From: Hyphochytrium catenoides
Taxonomy: Eukaryota > Protista > Hyphochytriomycota
Direction of reading: 5' to 3'
Length of the DNA stretch: 64,000 bases
NCBI GenBank assembly: GCA_900088475.1
Contig: FLMG01003876.1
Location: forward strand, 8,526-72,525
The notes beneath the pieces were generated by a model. The model was not told where the DNA came from. It searched no databases and saw only the letters and a program-made list of their open reading frames with translations. Position 1 is the stretch's first letter, and the number at the start of each line of letters is the position of its first letter. Made by a program: the position numbers and the translations under genes. This document shows positions 11,657 to 25,267 of this stretch, piece by piece.

Positions 11657-14600
11657 TCACTCCTGAAGGTTTTTCTCGATCATTCGAGCTAGCTCCACCA
11701 CCTCATGGGGATACCCCGAGAGCTCGGCGACGTGGATTCCAAAGCTTTTATCAGTAGGACCCGGCGCAAGTTGGTAGAGTAACGTGAAAGTGGAGGCACC
11801 AGTCTCTGCTGCCATGTGAAAGTTCTTTATGCCAGGATGTGTACTCTCCATAGTAGTGAGCTCATGGAAGTGTGTAGCGATGAAGCAGAAGCATCCGAGA
11901 TCTTTGTAGATGCTCTCAGTGATGGCGAAGGCCAGTCCAAAGCCGTCATGTGAAGAGGTTCCCCGTCCAAACTCATCTATAAGAACGAGGGAAGAGGGTG
12001 AGGCGTTCTTAAGAATGGCAGCAATGTCGAGCATCTCAGCCATGAAGGTAGAAATCCCTTTAAACTGATAGTCTTGAGCCCCGAAGCGTGTAAAGAGACA
12101 GTCAAAGATTGGAAGCTCCGCCACTGTACAGGGAACGAAGCTACCGATCTGAGCCATCACCGCGAGAAGCCCTACGGTGCGCAGAATGGTGCTCTTCCCA
12201 CCCTACAGGGAAGTTCAATGGTCAGTTGCTGTTCTGGTTTCCGGGCTCTCTCCAATTCCCTTTCTGGAGTTCTCCCCTATCACTCTCTCTCTCTCTCTTC
12301 TCTTAAACAAGCTACTAAAGCAGGTGTAAGGACTAAAGACTTGGCTCCCATACCATGTTTGGCCCTGTAATGATCGCTATCCTTGAGTCATCCGTAGAGC
12401 AACTAACCGAGTTGGGGATGAAGTGCACCCCGTCCTGTCCTTCAATGCACGGATGACGAGCCAGTTGAAGTTCAATTCTCCTCTCTTTTTTCTTGACTGA
12501 GGAGGACAGTTGGGGACAGCAATAACCCTGCACTGCCGCAACTTGTGCAAGGGATGAAAAGGTATCGAGGTCGGCTACGATCGAGGCAGCCTCTTGAAGC
12601 GCCTTGGCGTACGTTTGGACCACCTGGAGGCACTTTTGAGTCAGCTTATGTTGAAGCTGAGTGTACTCTTCCACTGTAGAGCGGTAAGCATGACTCAAGT
12701 CTCGCAGAGTCGCCGTAGTAAACAAGGTGCCCGCCTTCTGTATTGAGAGAACTATCAGAGTGTTCCTCTTCTTCCGCAAAAGAGCCTCATCCTTTTTGGT
12801 CAGGCGTAGGTGATAGCCGTATGTTTGATGATTCTCGAGCCGAATGCGATCACTTTCCAGCCCAAGAAGTGTGGTCACTTCTTCTTTCTCCTTCTCTATC
12901 CTTTCCTTCAAGGACAGACGCTTGGTATGTAGAAGAGCAAGAGGATGATAAAAAGTTGGCTTGATAAGGCATAACCGGTCCTTGGTATAGCTCTCCAGGT
13001 CCACAGCTTCTTGGACCATGGCGTAGAAGCCCTGTAGCTCCTTAGATATCTGCTCCGTCTTTTCCAAGAGTCGAACGATAGGACTTGTTCCATCCTCCCC
13101 TCCTGCTATGTCGACTGATGTCGCCGATACCGCTTGGCCGAAGGCAACAGTGAGATCAGGAATGCGTATCAATGCAACGTAGAGTTGAATGACGTCACGT
13201 AGGCTCCCCATTCCCTTGCGGATCTTCCACCGCAGTCGATCCACATCAACTAAAGACCTGAGGAACTGGTCTCGAATGTAATCTCGTAGTAATGGGCTTT
13301 CAACGAAGAACGCTACCACTCGTTGTCGTTCCAAAATGGACGCTAGCGAAGTAAGAGGAAGCTTCATCCACTGCGGAAAGCAAGGGAAAAGAACATCGAG
13401 CGGGAGGTAAGCCAAGATTTGCTAAGGGTCATCCGTAGCGCAGCGTTTCTATGTATGGTCTAGTACCTTAAGCAGCCGACGAGAACCCATAGGAGTCTTG
13501 CATCTGTTCAGCAGCGAGAATAGTGAAATATCTCTACCCGCACCTATGCCAGAGGGGGAATTCTCATGATGAGAGGATAGATGGTGGCAGTGACGGCTGT
13601 GGCAAAGAGACAGCCAGATTACCTCTTTTAGGGCCCGGGAAGATGTTCAGCGACGTGGATGCTGCTTGGTCATACCTAACATTAACATTATAGCGTTCGG
13701 GTGCGGTCACAGAGGGCAGGAAAGATGAACAGTACTAGCAGAGTTAAAGACCTCATATAGCCTTGCAATGAAAGCTCTATCAACTCATAGCTGCCCTGGG
13801 CCGATGGATTGTCCAGCAAGTCCAAATAGGACAGCAGAGCGGACACTGCAGAGGAGAGAAGACGGGAGCCTCGAAGTTTCTCGACGGCCAATTTCGTGTC
13901 TGATAGCAGCGCCTCGTCTTGGACAGCTAGACAATGTTAGGGCAAAAAGGGGATGAGTGATACAAGGACAAGCACAGGCGATATATGAGATCTGATTACC
14001 ATGGAAAGTCCTGCCAAACAAGAGCATGTCCAGAGGATCACCCGCACCCTGGGGTGAGAAGTCCTTCCTTTTTCTAGACACGCTAACTATACCACTAGAG
14101 TCCATGAGCTCTTTAAGCCTTTGATAGAGGTTGGGTTGATGCTCTAATTGCAAAGGAGAAGAAAGACGTCAACGGTTGCTTAGCGAAAGGCGTTTCTCCA
14201 GCTGTATGAGCGATAGGGTTGGACAGACAAAGAAGGAAAAGCAAGAAGACTGCGCGATAGAGTAAAGAGGCTCTTCTCAAAGGAGGAACAGTCCGCGAGA
14301 GGGATAGGAAGAGCCGGCTACGGCCGCAGGGGTGGAAGCCATCATGGTCTGGCCACGGCGGTGGGAGGTGTTGGCCTCACCGCTGCACAAGACGCATTCT
14401 TTCACGTTAAATTGGTTTAGTGCGCTCCTAAGAAACCCAAAATCTTCCTGGTCTTCAAACTCCATGAAGCCCAGCGTCTGCTCTACTGTGTGCGCTGCCA
14501 CCAGCGACAAGCGTAGACTGGTCTCCTTCTCTACCGCCATCAGACTGGCAACAGTGCCATAGGCCGACAAAGCAGAAGGGACATTATCCCGCCCTTGATC

Positions 14601-15396
14601 GCTAAGTATAAGGTGGAAGTCCTAGATGGCGCGAAGCCAACTGAGAGGTGGAAGCCACAGAAGAGGATGACAAAGCTCCACTCACCGCCACATTGCCGGG
14701 TGACCCTCGTAACTTCCGCCGCCAGATAGAGCCCTCAAGTTCCCAGGTCTATTGTGGCCAAGAGAAGGAACGCGTCATTCTAACTTCAAGCAACGGGAGA
14801 AGGAAGGTTACGGAATGCGCAGAGTCGAGAAAAGCTGGGATGAGCAGAAAACCAGAGAATCGGAACTATGGGAACCAAGAGCCAAAGAAGAGGAGACTTG
14901 AGAAGAGCTACCGTCAAGCCGACCAAGATAAAGATCGTGGAAGATGAGAGAAAGAGTGTGTCAGAGACTTGATCTTCAGTCTCAAAAGCTTAAAGAAGCG
15001 ACTCAGGCCATTACCTCGACGCAATAGCCCCGAGCAAGAAGCAAGTCCTTTACTATTGTTCTGAACAACGCCTCGCTGAGAGTGACACTGCGTGAGGCCA
15101 CCACGTCAGTTTAGCAGCAGCGGTATGCAAAGTCTAGAGACTGCGGTTTGCAGGGCTTACCATCTGACGGTGTCACCCTTGGACAATGATACTTCCTTCA
15201 GGGCGGCCTTGGACTCGTAATACTGACGAGCGATAAGCTCTGCGTCCTCCTCATACACGCAGTAGTACAAGGACGTGAGATCATTCTTGCGCTTGAAGAA
15301 GCGGATGAGCCGTGCGCTGTCAAAATCTGCAGCTTTCTCTTGACAGAAAGCTGCAAGCTCCGCCTCTGCTACCTGCCCTCTCATCCCAGCTGGCAT
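11657..15396 (-). CDS. MSH2: DNA mismatch repair protein MSH2 (MutS family)
   Basis: The spliced Walker A reads IITGPNM|GGKST. Other motifs are MAQIGSFVPC, GISTFMAEML, IDEFGRGTSSHDGFGLA, ATHFHEL, SFGIHVAEL, ARHPCIE and SLLNRCKTPMGSRLL. The GFGLA and GSPGN motifs favour MSH2. The first ATG is at 15394-15396 (the ORF track starts at a TTG). Confidence 0.92.
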
Positions 15397-15989
15397 CACG
15401 CTTGTCAAAGCCTCCCACAGCGGAGGCCAGACTAGCGCAGGTGGCTACAAGCCAACATATTCCTGGATAGGCGACAGCACTGAAGCCCTGATAGCTGCCA
15501 AGTGGGTCTTTCAGAGGCAAAGAGGCTATAAGCACTGTCCAAGGACCTCTCCTCAGCGCTCAGCGTCCGGCAGACTGACAGACGGCATTAGCGTAGGAGG
15601 AGGAAGTCGAAGAGCAACTCCCTCCGCATCTGCACCTTTGACCACATTCTGATGGCGCTTCTGTCTCTCAAAGATAAGCCGCAGGTAGATAAACGTATTA
15701 GTCAATATGCTATACGGTACCTGATCATCTTCCGCCTTCGATCTTTTCTTGATGGCTTTTCATCGCTCGAGGCGGCGAGGAAGAAGATCGGTGAGCGTCA
15801 TCAAGCCAGAGCAAGCGGCTTAGTAAGCGGAATGATCTGGCTCTTGACACTCATAGAACACTGACATGGAGACCGCCACACATCGTCCAGAGTCGTTGAG
15901 CCTTCGCGCAGGAGGTCTATCGGAGCTGACATGAGAAGGCTTTGTACAGATCTGTGTGGCTTCATCGGTGGCGCTGAATATAAGCTGCC

Positions 15990-18900
15990 ATGAGACCTCC
16001 GCGTGAGGCGCTGCTGCTCACAGCAGGCGTCGCACCGTTAGGATGCCTGTGCTGGCTTTATGGCCATGCCCTTAACGTGGCCATTGTACTCTCCGTGGTG
16101 GTCTATTTTGGTTCTCTGATGTTTACTCGTTGGACTCGAGCAACCAGGAAGGGCAAACAACTAGCTGATGGCGGAGAGACACCACTGCCAATCAACTCTG
16201 AGGAATGGCTCCAGAGCTCCGCCCCTGTGCAAGGGATACTTGTTCTTTCTCTTCTCTTCTCTTCGCTCTCCGGTGGCGGACGCACCTTATCTTTATCCTC
16301 TACTCTTCTTTGTCTTAGCGGGTTGGTGGCGTCTACGTTTCTGCTCTCGTTTACCTCCCTGACTACTCTGGTCCACTGCCTAGCACGTTCACACCTGCAG
16401 GGGGCTTTGAATGGCCAAACGAAGTATCCTAGCAGTTTTCAAATGACCCTGCTGCCACTCTTGCCTCTTCTGGTGATGCTATCTGGAGGCCTGATACTTG
16501 CAGGAATGTCAATCCTGCTCTGTGGGATCGACAGCTCTAGCTACCTGCTCGCGTTGTATCTACTGATTAACCTATGGATGGCCCAAGAATCGCCCGTGCT
16601 GAAAACATGGTATCGAAAGGGTCAGCAGACACTGTGGGCAATCGGAGATGATCGGACTCTCCGACTCGGGGCTGTCATGGTTCTCTCAGCACCAGTCGCT
16701 CTGGAGCTCCTTCTTCTTCTAACACACTTTGGGTTTCACTTGGAGCTCCTCATACTTCGCTTGCTACCTCTTATCTGCTTCTTACTCCTCGCTCTAACCG
16801 CAATATCTCCTAATGAACCGAGTGCCGTCTTTCGGGTGCCGCTCTATCGCTGGCTCTCCTCTGACTCACAGATGCTGGTTGTCCGTCGTCTCATGATGTT
16901 TCTCCCTTCCGTCCTTTGCGCTTCCCGCTACATTGTCCACCATCTGATCCCTGTCGCTCTAATGGCGGGAGCTATCTCCGTAGTAGAGGCTAGCATACTT
17001 GCTTCAGGCTGTTGGGCATCTAGCTCTAGGCCGCTTCAACGCCTGAGCGAGGCAGGAGCCCTCTCCATTCTAACAGGAAGTCTTGCTTTGAGTGGAGGAT
17101 GGTGGTCACTGTTGGAGGTCTACGTGGGCCTAGCAGCCGGCAATCTGCTGCAGCACATTTGGCAAGACACTAAGCCTTCATCATTTGACGGAGTCAGAGA
17201 CTTTCGGCAGCTTGGAAGTCTTGCATTGACAGCCAGCGCATGCCTAGTAATCCCATGGATTGGCAACCTCATTGTCAAATGGGGAGCTGCAACTGATCTT
17301 AGTGAAGCCAACGCCCTCGAATCTTTTCTGATCCTAGGTTTGGAAGGAATTGCCAGCTTGCTGTTCACTTCTGGGGCGAGATTGGAAGGTTTCTCTGCGG
17401 GGTTGGTGACCTTCATGGGGGAGATGGTTCACGTCCGACTGCTGGCATCCAAACAGAACGATGAAGAGTCACCTCTCTTCCTCTTCTGGGCCCTCCCGTC
17501 CTTACTGGTAGCTCTCGCTGCTCTCCAGTGCCAGGTCCTGCATCGCTATTGGAGAGGAAGGTGTTCTTCGTCGCTCCTTGCACTAGTCACCGCGATAACA
17601 GTGTCCCAGTCTCTAGGCTGTCGAGGTAGCAGGCGCTTGAGGTTGGCACTGGGCATTCACATGGCCGTAATACTTCTGCCTGCGCTATGTTACAAACCAA
17701 ATCATCTCAAAGACAGCCCTATGGTGTTGGCAGTAGCCTCTCGCTTTGACGATAGAATCCCTGCCAACACTCCTCTTGTTCTGCTTCATGCCTTGCTCTT
17801 TCCCTTGACATCACTCTTCCTGGTCAGGCAAGTGGATGCTGAGCTTTCCAAAGAGCTCATAACCTACTTCCCAAAGATTTGTTGTGCAGTTTACACCTGT
17901 TACATCTTCTTAGCGTTGGGATGGCTGTGCAGGCGATACTTTCCCAGAAAAGTCCTTTTCCTTAGAATTGGAGCTGGAGCCGCATTGGGCACAAGTCTGA
18001 TTATTTTGATGGCTCCAGCCCATGAAATGCAGGCCTTGCTGCACTCTGCGACGACCCTAGAGCCTAGCAGCAGTGGAGACGACAACGCTTGGCAGGACAA
18101 CGGACTCCAACCGCAATTACTGGTTCGACTGTGGCTCGCAGTTTTAGCAGGTTGCCATGCCCTACTTCTAAGCCACTCAATTGCCAAGATGGGTCGGTCA
18201 GCTCGATCCGGCGCCTCGCTAGTGCTGTGTGGGCTACAGATGAAGGCCCTACTATCTTTGCTTCCAGTTGAGCCATCACTGTCTCTCTTGTTTCTCTCAC
18301 TTAGCTGGGTAGGCTTGTCTCTGCTCCTCAGTAGTCTGATGGGCCCTGGTGCCATCCTATGGACGGAAGTAAGAGGACTGCACTTGGCATGGAACGCATT
18401 CATTGCACTATCTTTGCTTCTGGTTAGCGAGAGCCCAATAGAAGTATGCATCATGTGCGGGGTTGTGGCTCTGAGCGGAAATATCCTGGTCATTTTGGTC
18501 GCGGGCTGGAGCGTTGCCAGGGCAGAATCCTTGTATACGCGACGCTATAGGGTTGACAGGGACCGCCGGAGCTGGACGAAGCTTCATAATATATCCTTGT
18601 CATGTATGGCCATGCTCCCAGTCCTTTGGCATGCGGCACAAGCTCTAGAGCAAGCCCTCGTCTCGAGTGGTGCTACCAAGTATACCTTCCGTGTTTCCAC
18701 GTTTCTGGCTGCAGGTTCTCCTTCGCTACTTTACTTTCTCAAACAGGGAAGGCTGAGCGGATTACGAGGTCCTTTCTCCCGCCTTGCGCCCATCGCCTCG
18801 CTAGCCCTATTTCATCTCTCTCTCTCCGCGCTGCTTCATCAGTGGGTGGCTCTGGTGGACGGACTACACCGCTATCATGCGATGTTGCCTTTGCTGCTAA

Positions 18901-19154
18901 GGGTGACCTTCGAGTTTATTTGTTTGGGTCTTGATGTGATGTTGGCCATCAAGAATCTGAAGCACTTTTGGCTGCCGAATAGACTGAGATTTTCTTATCG
19001 GCAGTGGCTCCGCCAGTGCTCTTTGATGGCCTTGATTGGTTATGTGACAAATTCCTTTGCTACGCGACTGCTTGTTCTGGGTTCTATGGCTCTTTGGGCC
19101 ACTCTTGGCTTGCAGAAATGGGCGAAGCGAGAAGAAAAGAGGTTGCTCATCTGA
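15990..19154 (+). CDS. Intronless 1054-aa polytopic membrane protein, distant similarity to plant NO EXINE FORMATION 1 (NEF1) family
   Basis: Single ORF with more than 20 hydrophobic segments. Its length and segments such as GIDSSSYLL, RRYFP...LIILMAP, SPSLLYFLKQ...SRLAPIA and the C-terminal TNSFATRLLVLG...KRLLI recall NEF1 from memory. The CDS is secure; the family call is tentative. Confidence 0.55.
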   Translation: MRPPREALLLTAGVAPLGCLCWLYGHALNVAIVLSVVVYFGSLMFTRWTRATRKGKQLADGGETPLPINSEEWLQSSAPVQGILVLSLLFSSLSGGGRTLSLSSTLLCLSGLVASTFLLSFTSLTTLVHCLARSHLQGALNGQTKYPSSFQMTLLPLLPLLVMLSGGLILAGMSILLCGIDSSSYLLALYLLINLWMAQESPVLKTWYRKGQQTLWAIGDDRTLRLGAVMVLSAPVALELLLLLTHFGFHLELLILRLLPLICFLLLALTAISPNEPSAVFRVPLYRWLSSDSQMLVVRRLMMFLPSVLCASRYIVHHLIPVALMAGAISVVEASILASGCWASSSRPLQRLSEAGALSILTGSLALSGGWWSLLEVYVGLAAGNLLQHIWQDTKPSSFDGVRDFRQLGSLALTASACLVIPWIGNLIVKWGAATDLSEANALESFLILGLEGIASLLFTSGARLEGFSAGLVTFMGEMVHVRLLASKQNDEESPLFLFWALPSLLVALAALQCQVLHRYWRGRCSSSLLALVTAITVSQSLGCRGSRRLRLALGIHMAVILLPALCYKPNHLKDSPMVLAVASRFDDRIPANTPLVLLHALLFPLTSLFLVRQVDAELSKELITYFPKICCAVYTCYIFLALGWLCRRYFPRKVLFLRIGAGAALGTSLIILMAPAHEMQALLHSATTLEPSSSGDDNAWQDNGLQPQLLVRLWLAVLAGCHALLLSHSIAKMGRSARSGASLVLCGLQMKALLSLLPVEPSLSLLFLSLSWVGLSLLLSSLMGPGAILWTEVRGLHLAWNAFIALSLLLVSESPIEVCIMCGVVALSGNILVILVAGWSVARAESLYTRRYRVDRDRRSWTKLHNISLSCMAMLPVLWHAAQALEQALVSSGATKYTFRVSTFLAAGSPSLLYFLKQGRLSGLRGPFSRLAPIASLALFHLSLSALLHQWVALVDGLHRYHAMLPLLLRVTFEFICLGLDVMLAIKNLKHFWLPNRLRFSYRQWLRQCSLMALIGYVTNSFATRLLVLGSMALWATLGLQKWAKREEKRLLI

Positions 19155-19490
19155 TGGAGGACACTAGGTGGAAGCAGATATATAGAGTCACGATAGCTCT
19201 ACGATTCATCTCCTCATCATATTTATGCTTATTTATAGTGAGAAAAGCTTAGCACAGACCCGCTGGAACTGGCCACGCACTATTGAGTCCGCCAAATAGA
19301 GCTTACAAAGGCTAAAGAAAGGGTAATACTCTACTCTATTTCTAAACTCCGTCCCTTAATATGTCTAGGAGCTCACGATTCTCCATAGCGGCACCACCAC
19401 TGCAGACGGAGAGGGCACTCTGTGTGTCCCACAACATGAATTCGTTCACACACACAAAAGCTTTCCATAATCCTACCCGCATAACGCCTC

Positions 19491-20873
<1,383 letters not shown>

Positions 20874-21354
20874 CTTCAAGCCTCACGTACACCAACGCAG
20901 AACGCCTGCCTACCAAGCAACACGCATTCCCATCACCTCAAAGGCAGTGACAAGATGGGCGATGACGGAAGAACCGATGAGCTCTCAAAGCCGTCAAGCC
21001 TTTCCAAGACCAGCTGGACTCTATCCTGCTTCCAGATTGCTCCTGCTTCCCGATCGGAGTGCGGCTTCGCGCATCAACAAGGCCATCAGAATCAGCCTAG
21101 GAAGAAAAGCGATGACATTTACAGCCGCTAACCGCCACCAGTCCAGTGGTTTACAGGTCTCAGTTCTCAATGTCTGCAGCCCAATGAAGAGCTCTCGAGG
21201 ATGGCTCGGGCGATAGCGTAGCACGCTAGGGGTTGGTCGAGCCTTGAGCAGCGCAGTCACTTGTGCAGACGACTGTAGCGTGAGTCTTCAGTGGACAAGG
21301 GAAGGGTGTCCTTTGCCCTCCTCCTTGGACAGCGGCCAGAGCAGGCTGGGCAGG

Positions 21355-22954
21355 ATGAGGGCGTGGGTGGCCCTTGGGAAGGCAGCGCTATGGCGCTCGG
21401 CGCGAGGCGCACGACACAATCCAGTCCTCAGCTATCGCGCCACTGAAGTCTCTAGAAATCAACTTTATATGCCCGGTCAGTGCCGCGCCCTACATGCAGG
21501 AAGCAAACCCGATCGAAGGATGAAGGCGGATGATGACCAAATCGTGCTTAGAAAGCTCGTTGCGAGCGTGTTCCTCAAAGTTCACCCAGATCTTCTCAGA
21601 TCGCGCGGAAAAGAGGTTCAATCCACAAACGAAGCATCGCTGCAGGTTGGGCTTTCGGGCCTAGATCTCTCTTCGTCTTAGCTGCCGCTGCCTAATGACC
21701 TCTATGCTATGTGCACCGTAGGAGCTGAATGCCTTCCTGGACATTGCGGAGAAATGCTGCAATGGGAACTTTGACCGCGCGGCTCTCAATGGACTGAAGA
21801 CTCATTATGTTTTCACCTTCTACTTCCTCGAAACGTCCCAAGAGAGGACAGGAAGGAATGATGAGGACGAACAGCAGGCTGAAGGGGAGGCAGACCTGAT
21901 GAAGGTCTGACGTCAAGAGTCTTATCGCCATACCACTAGTCTGATACTTACTTCTCCTCTCTCTCTCTCGCTCTCTCTCTCTGTTCTCTTCAGCTTCGAA
22001 TGCCTGTCAAGCTGCCTCCTCTGCTCTATCAGTCGACGAACAACGTTAGACCTTCTGGCCGAGAAGCTCTTCAGGAGCAATGGAAGGCGTTTACTGATGA
22101 GACTCTTAAAAAGATGATGAAGAAGCTCCGTGTACCCTTGCCCCAAGCCGGCTATCTGCTGAAGGTGCGTGGGCATATCTCTTCCTCATCTATCTGACGC
22201 TTGCTTTGTAAGGCTGACTGACAAACCCAAACCTGGCTTCTCCAGTACGATGCTGAGCCTATAAAGCCAAGGGCGTTCACTTTGGAGGAGAAGCTAAGAG
22301 CCCAGCGGTTAGTGAGACAGTCTCTCGTTTGTCCCCTCGACCCTAGTGGCTAGCACTAAAGTCCCTCTGACCTGGCAATAGCGCAAAAGCGGATCTTGAC
22401 AAGTTTTACTCGGAGGCAATGTTCAAGGAGCTGACAATGCATGCGGAAAGAGACATAAGGGACAGAAGCATTCAGGACATGCAACTGAAAGGTTCGTTGT
22501 GTCGGGCAAGCACTAGCCTGCCAACCCGTCCTCATCGTCTTCTTTCCCTCAGTCGCCGGCTTCAGTGTTAGGCGTAACTTTGTCATGAACACTTTCGTCC
22601 CTCAGTGTGTCATCGTGCAAGACCTTCCCCCTCAGCAGGTAAGCTCCTTCAGAGGAAATTGTGGCTTTACTACCTAGGAGATGAACGCAGATACTCCGTT
22701 GACAGGCAGCAAAGGCCTTAGGACAACTATCAGCTGTTCTACTGGAGCATGATACCTACCTCTCCCTTTCGTCGCCAATGTGGCGAAGAGTCAGAATTGT
22801 CATTTCTGGCAAGAAAGAGTTCTCTTCAAAATGGGATACCAGGGGCATACTATGGCTCTTTTGTCCTAGCGCTTTTGACTCCGGCGAGGCTCTTGACTTC
22901 ATAGCCAGCAAAGTCTTGAAGACTGTAAAGCCTCCCACCGATATGTTCGTCTAG
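21355..22954 (+). CDS. DUF4460/TCAIM-like protein, probably mitochondrial
   Basis: An Arg/Ala-rich presequence-like N-terminus is followed by LRKLVASVFLKVHPDLL...TNEASLQ|ELNAFLD, the J-like DUF4460 signature. Exons can be followed to TAG at 22952-22954. Confidence 0.65.
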
Positions 22955-24589
22955 CTGGGTTGTGGGCAGAGAGGACCGAGAATCCGACAGCTCGGTACAC
23001 CTGCGGATGTTTGGGCTCATGGACGCTGCAGAGATGGTGTACCACCTATAATCATCCTCGCTTCTAATCCAGCATATCGGAACACGGACTTCTCCCCTGA
23101 GCACTTGGAACGGGGCTACAGCTCTGAGAGGTGATGGGCCTGGAGAGTGGCTCCTCTTATGTAGCTTCTCCTGGGAGTTCCCAGATTATCGTTTGGGGAT
23201 CGGCCGGCGGCAAGACGAGGTAGCTTCGGAAGGTTCCTGGGGTCGGTCGCCTGCCTATAATGGCTGGAAGATTTTCTGCCTCCAATGGTCTCAACCTTGA
23301 CCAGAGAGTAACTAGAGCCAACTTCTTGCGTCCTGATCGCTAATGGCAAACGTGGGGAAAACTTCTCTTTTCAACAAACTCCAGAAGCCATCAGCGAGAC
23401 GGAGCTGTCTCACACTCTTGAACTCCTTGCCTCGCCTCCTATTTGATCATTAGCAACACATGCCAACTGCTGACTAGGACATGCCGGAACAGCTGACAAG
23501 ACCAATGTCTGGTGCGTGATCTGGGAGATGTAACGAGGGACGACGGCAGTCGAGGTATCCGCCTAGTAGTTTGGCCTTGCCAGATCTAGATAGGACACAG
23601 ATTGCGGTTCAAACAGTTGCACTCGGGTAGGACCTCTATTCATGCCAGCCATATATAGTAACCTCCACCTGCTTAGCAGCAAGCGCTCTCGGTCTGAACC
23701 GCTATCTATGCCGATATTTCCCCTACCCCTCGTAAGACTAAGGTAGCCTAGGCGATGCGAACAAGACACTCTCGGCGAGCAACAGTAGTAGCCTTGTCTT
23801 ACGTTATGAGGATCAACTGAAAGGAATAATGCTGCTCTCATGTCTGTCTATGGCGAGAGATGAGAAGGCTTTTGGCAACTCCAGCCGCTTACGACAGGGC
23901 CTTGAGCGCCTAGCCTACGGCATTGATAGGCAGGCTTGGTGTCCTCTCGCTTCTCACTATCCTTTCAGGACTCACCCATCATGGGGGCTCCGTTGACTGA
24001 TGCTGCTGAGCTTTCTCTTCTGACGCCTCACCATCCTGACTGTCCCGTAGTTTGTCTACTCTTAACTCCTTGTTGTCACTCGGTGTCCTCTTCCGTTAGA
24101 ACATCATCAAGCCATCTTAGACGGCTCTCCTCCTCTTGCTCTTCTCATCACACATCATATAGCTGCTGCTGCGGCCTGACTTCCCCTGGCTCATGTTCTG
24201 TTCTGTCTGCGGTGAAGGAGGAAGAAAGGAAACAGGGCACCTGCGGGCTACTATTTACCCTGTCCTCCGTCTTATCACTCATCACACCGTCAGTGCTCCT
24301 CTATGTGCAAGCGCACAGACCAACTGATGAAGGCAAGTCGACAGTAGCAGGCGAGGAAGGGAGGACTTTCATTCGCATCATTTTCATTCGCATAGCGAGG
24401 CTGTTTGTTAGTCTTTCCGATCTGCTTTCTCCTTCCGTCATGATGATAGACTACTGTTTGTCTTCTGTCGGTCTTCAAAGGGCGACGCCTGGCATTTCGC
24501 TATCATATCGAGGAAAATCTGAAAAGAATGCTCCTGAAAGTCGGGAAGCAGGCGCTTGAGACGTAAGGCCTTAGGCTGTGAAGCAGCAG

Positions 24590-25235
24590 GGCAAACGGGA
24601 AGAGCTTAAAGAGAAAAGATAGGTTCGTCTCGAAGGAAGGAAAGAACAAGGGAGGAAAGAAAAGAGCAAGATCCCAACGGAGGAGGAAGAGAGTGCAATG
24701 AGATGAAGGGGCCAAGTCGCAGGGAAACACTATGAAAAGAGGAAGAGGAAAAGCGGAAGGAGACTCGAAAGGGGCCAGGCAAGTTCTGGACACGGGCAGA
24801 AAGAGAGAGACGGAGAGAGAAAGAGATAGATAATATAAGGAGAGAGAGACAGCGAAAGATAGTGATGGTAGAACTAAGTGTGAGAGAGATAACAGAAAGA
24901 AAGAAAGAAAGAAATGGAAGTGCCAAGACGATGACAGAGCTCCGGGAGAGCCGGCAAGGGGAGAACAAAGTCCTGCTTTCTATTAGAGACACAGAAGAAA
25001 CCCACGAGGATCTCATTCCTCGAGAAAGGAGAGAGATTAAGCGGAGCAGTGTGGAAACGGGAACTGAAGAGTGAGTGAGATGAGAGAGAGGTGTGAGAGA
25101 GAGAGAGAGAGAAAGAGCGAGAGGAGAAAAGTCGAGAGAGAAAGAGAGAGAGAGAGAGAATGTAAGGAGAGGGACAGAAGCAAGGACGATCCCTAACATT
25201 TGTCTTGTAACGGATGGAAGTGGCCGTTACAGTCA

Positions 25236-25267
<32 letters not shown>

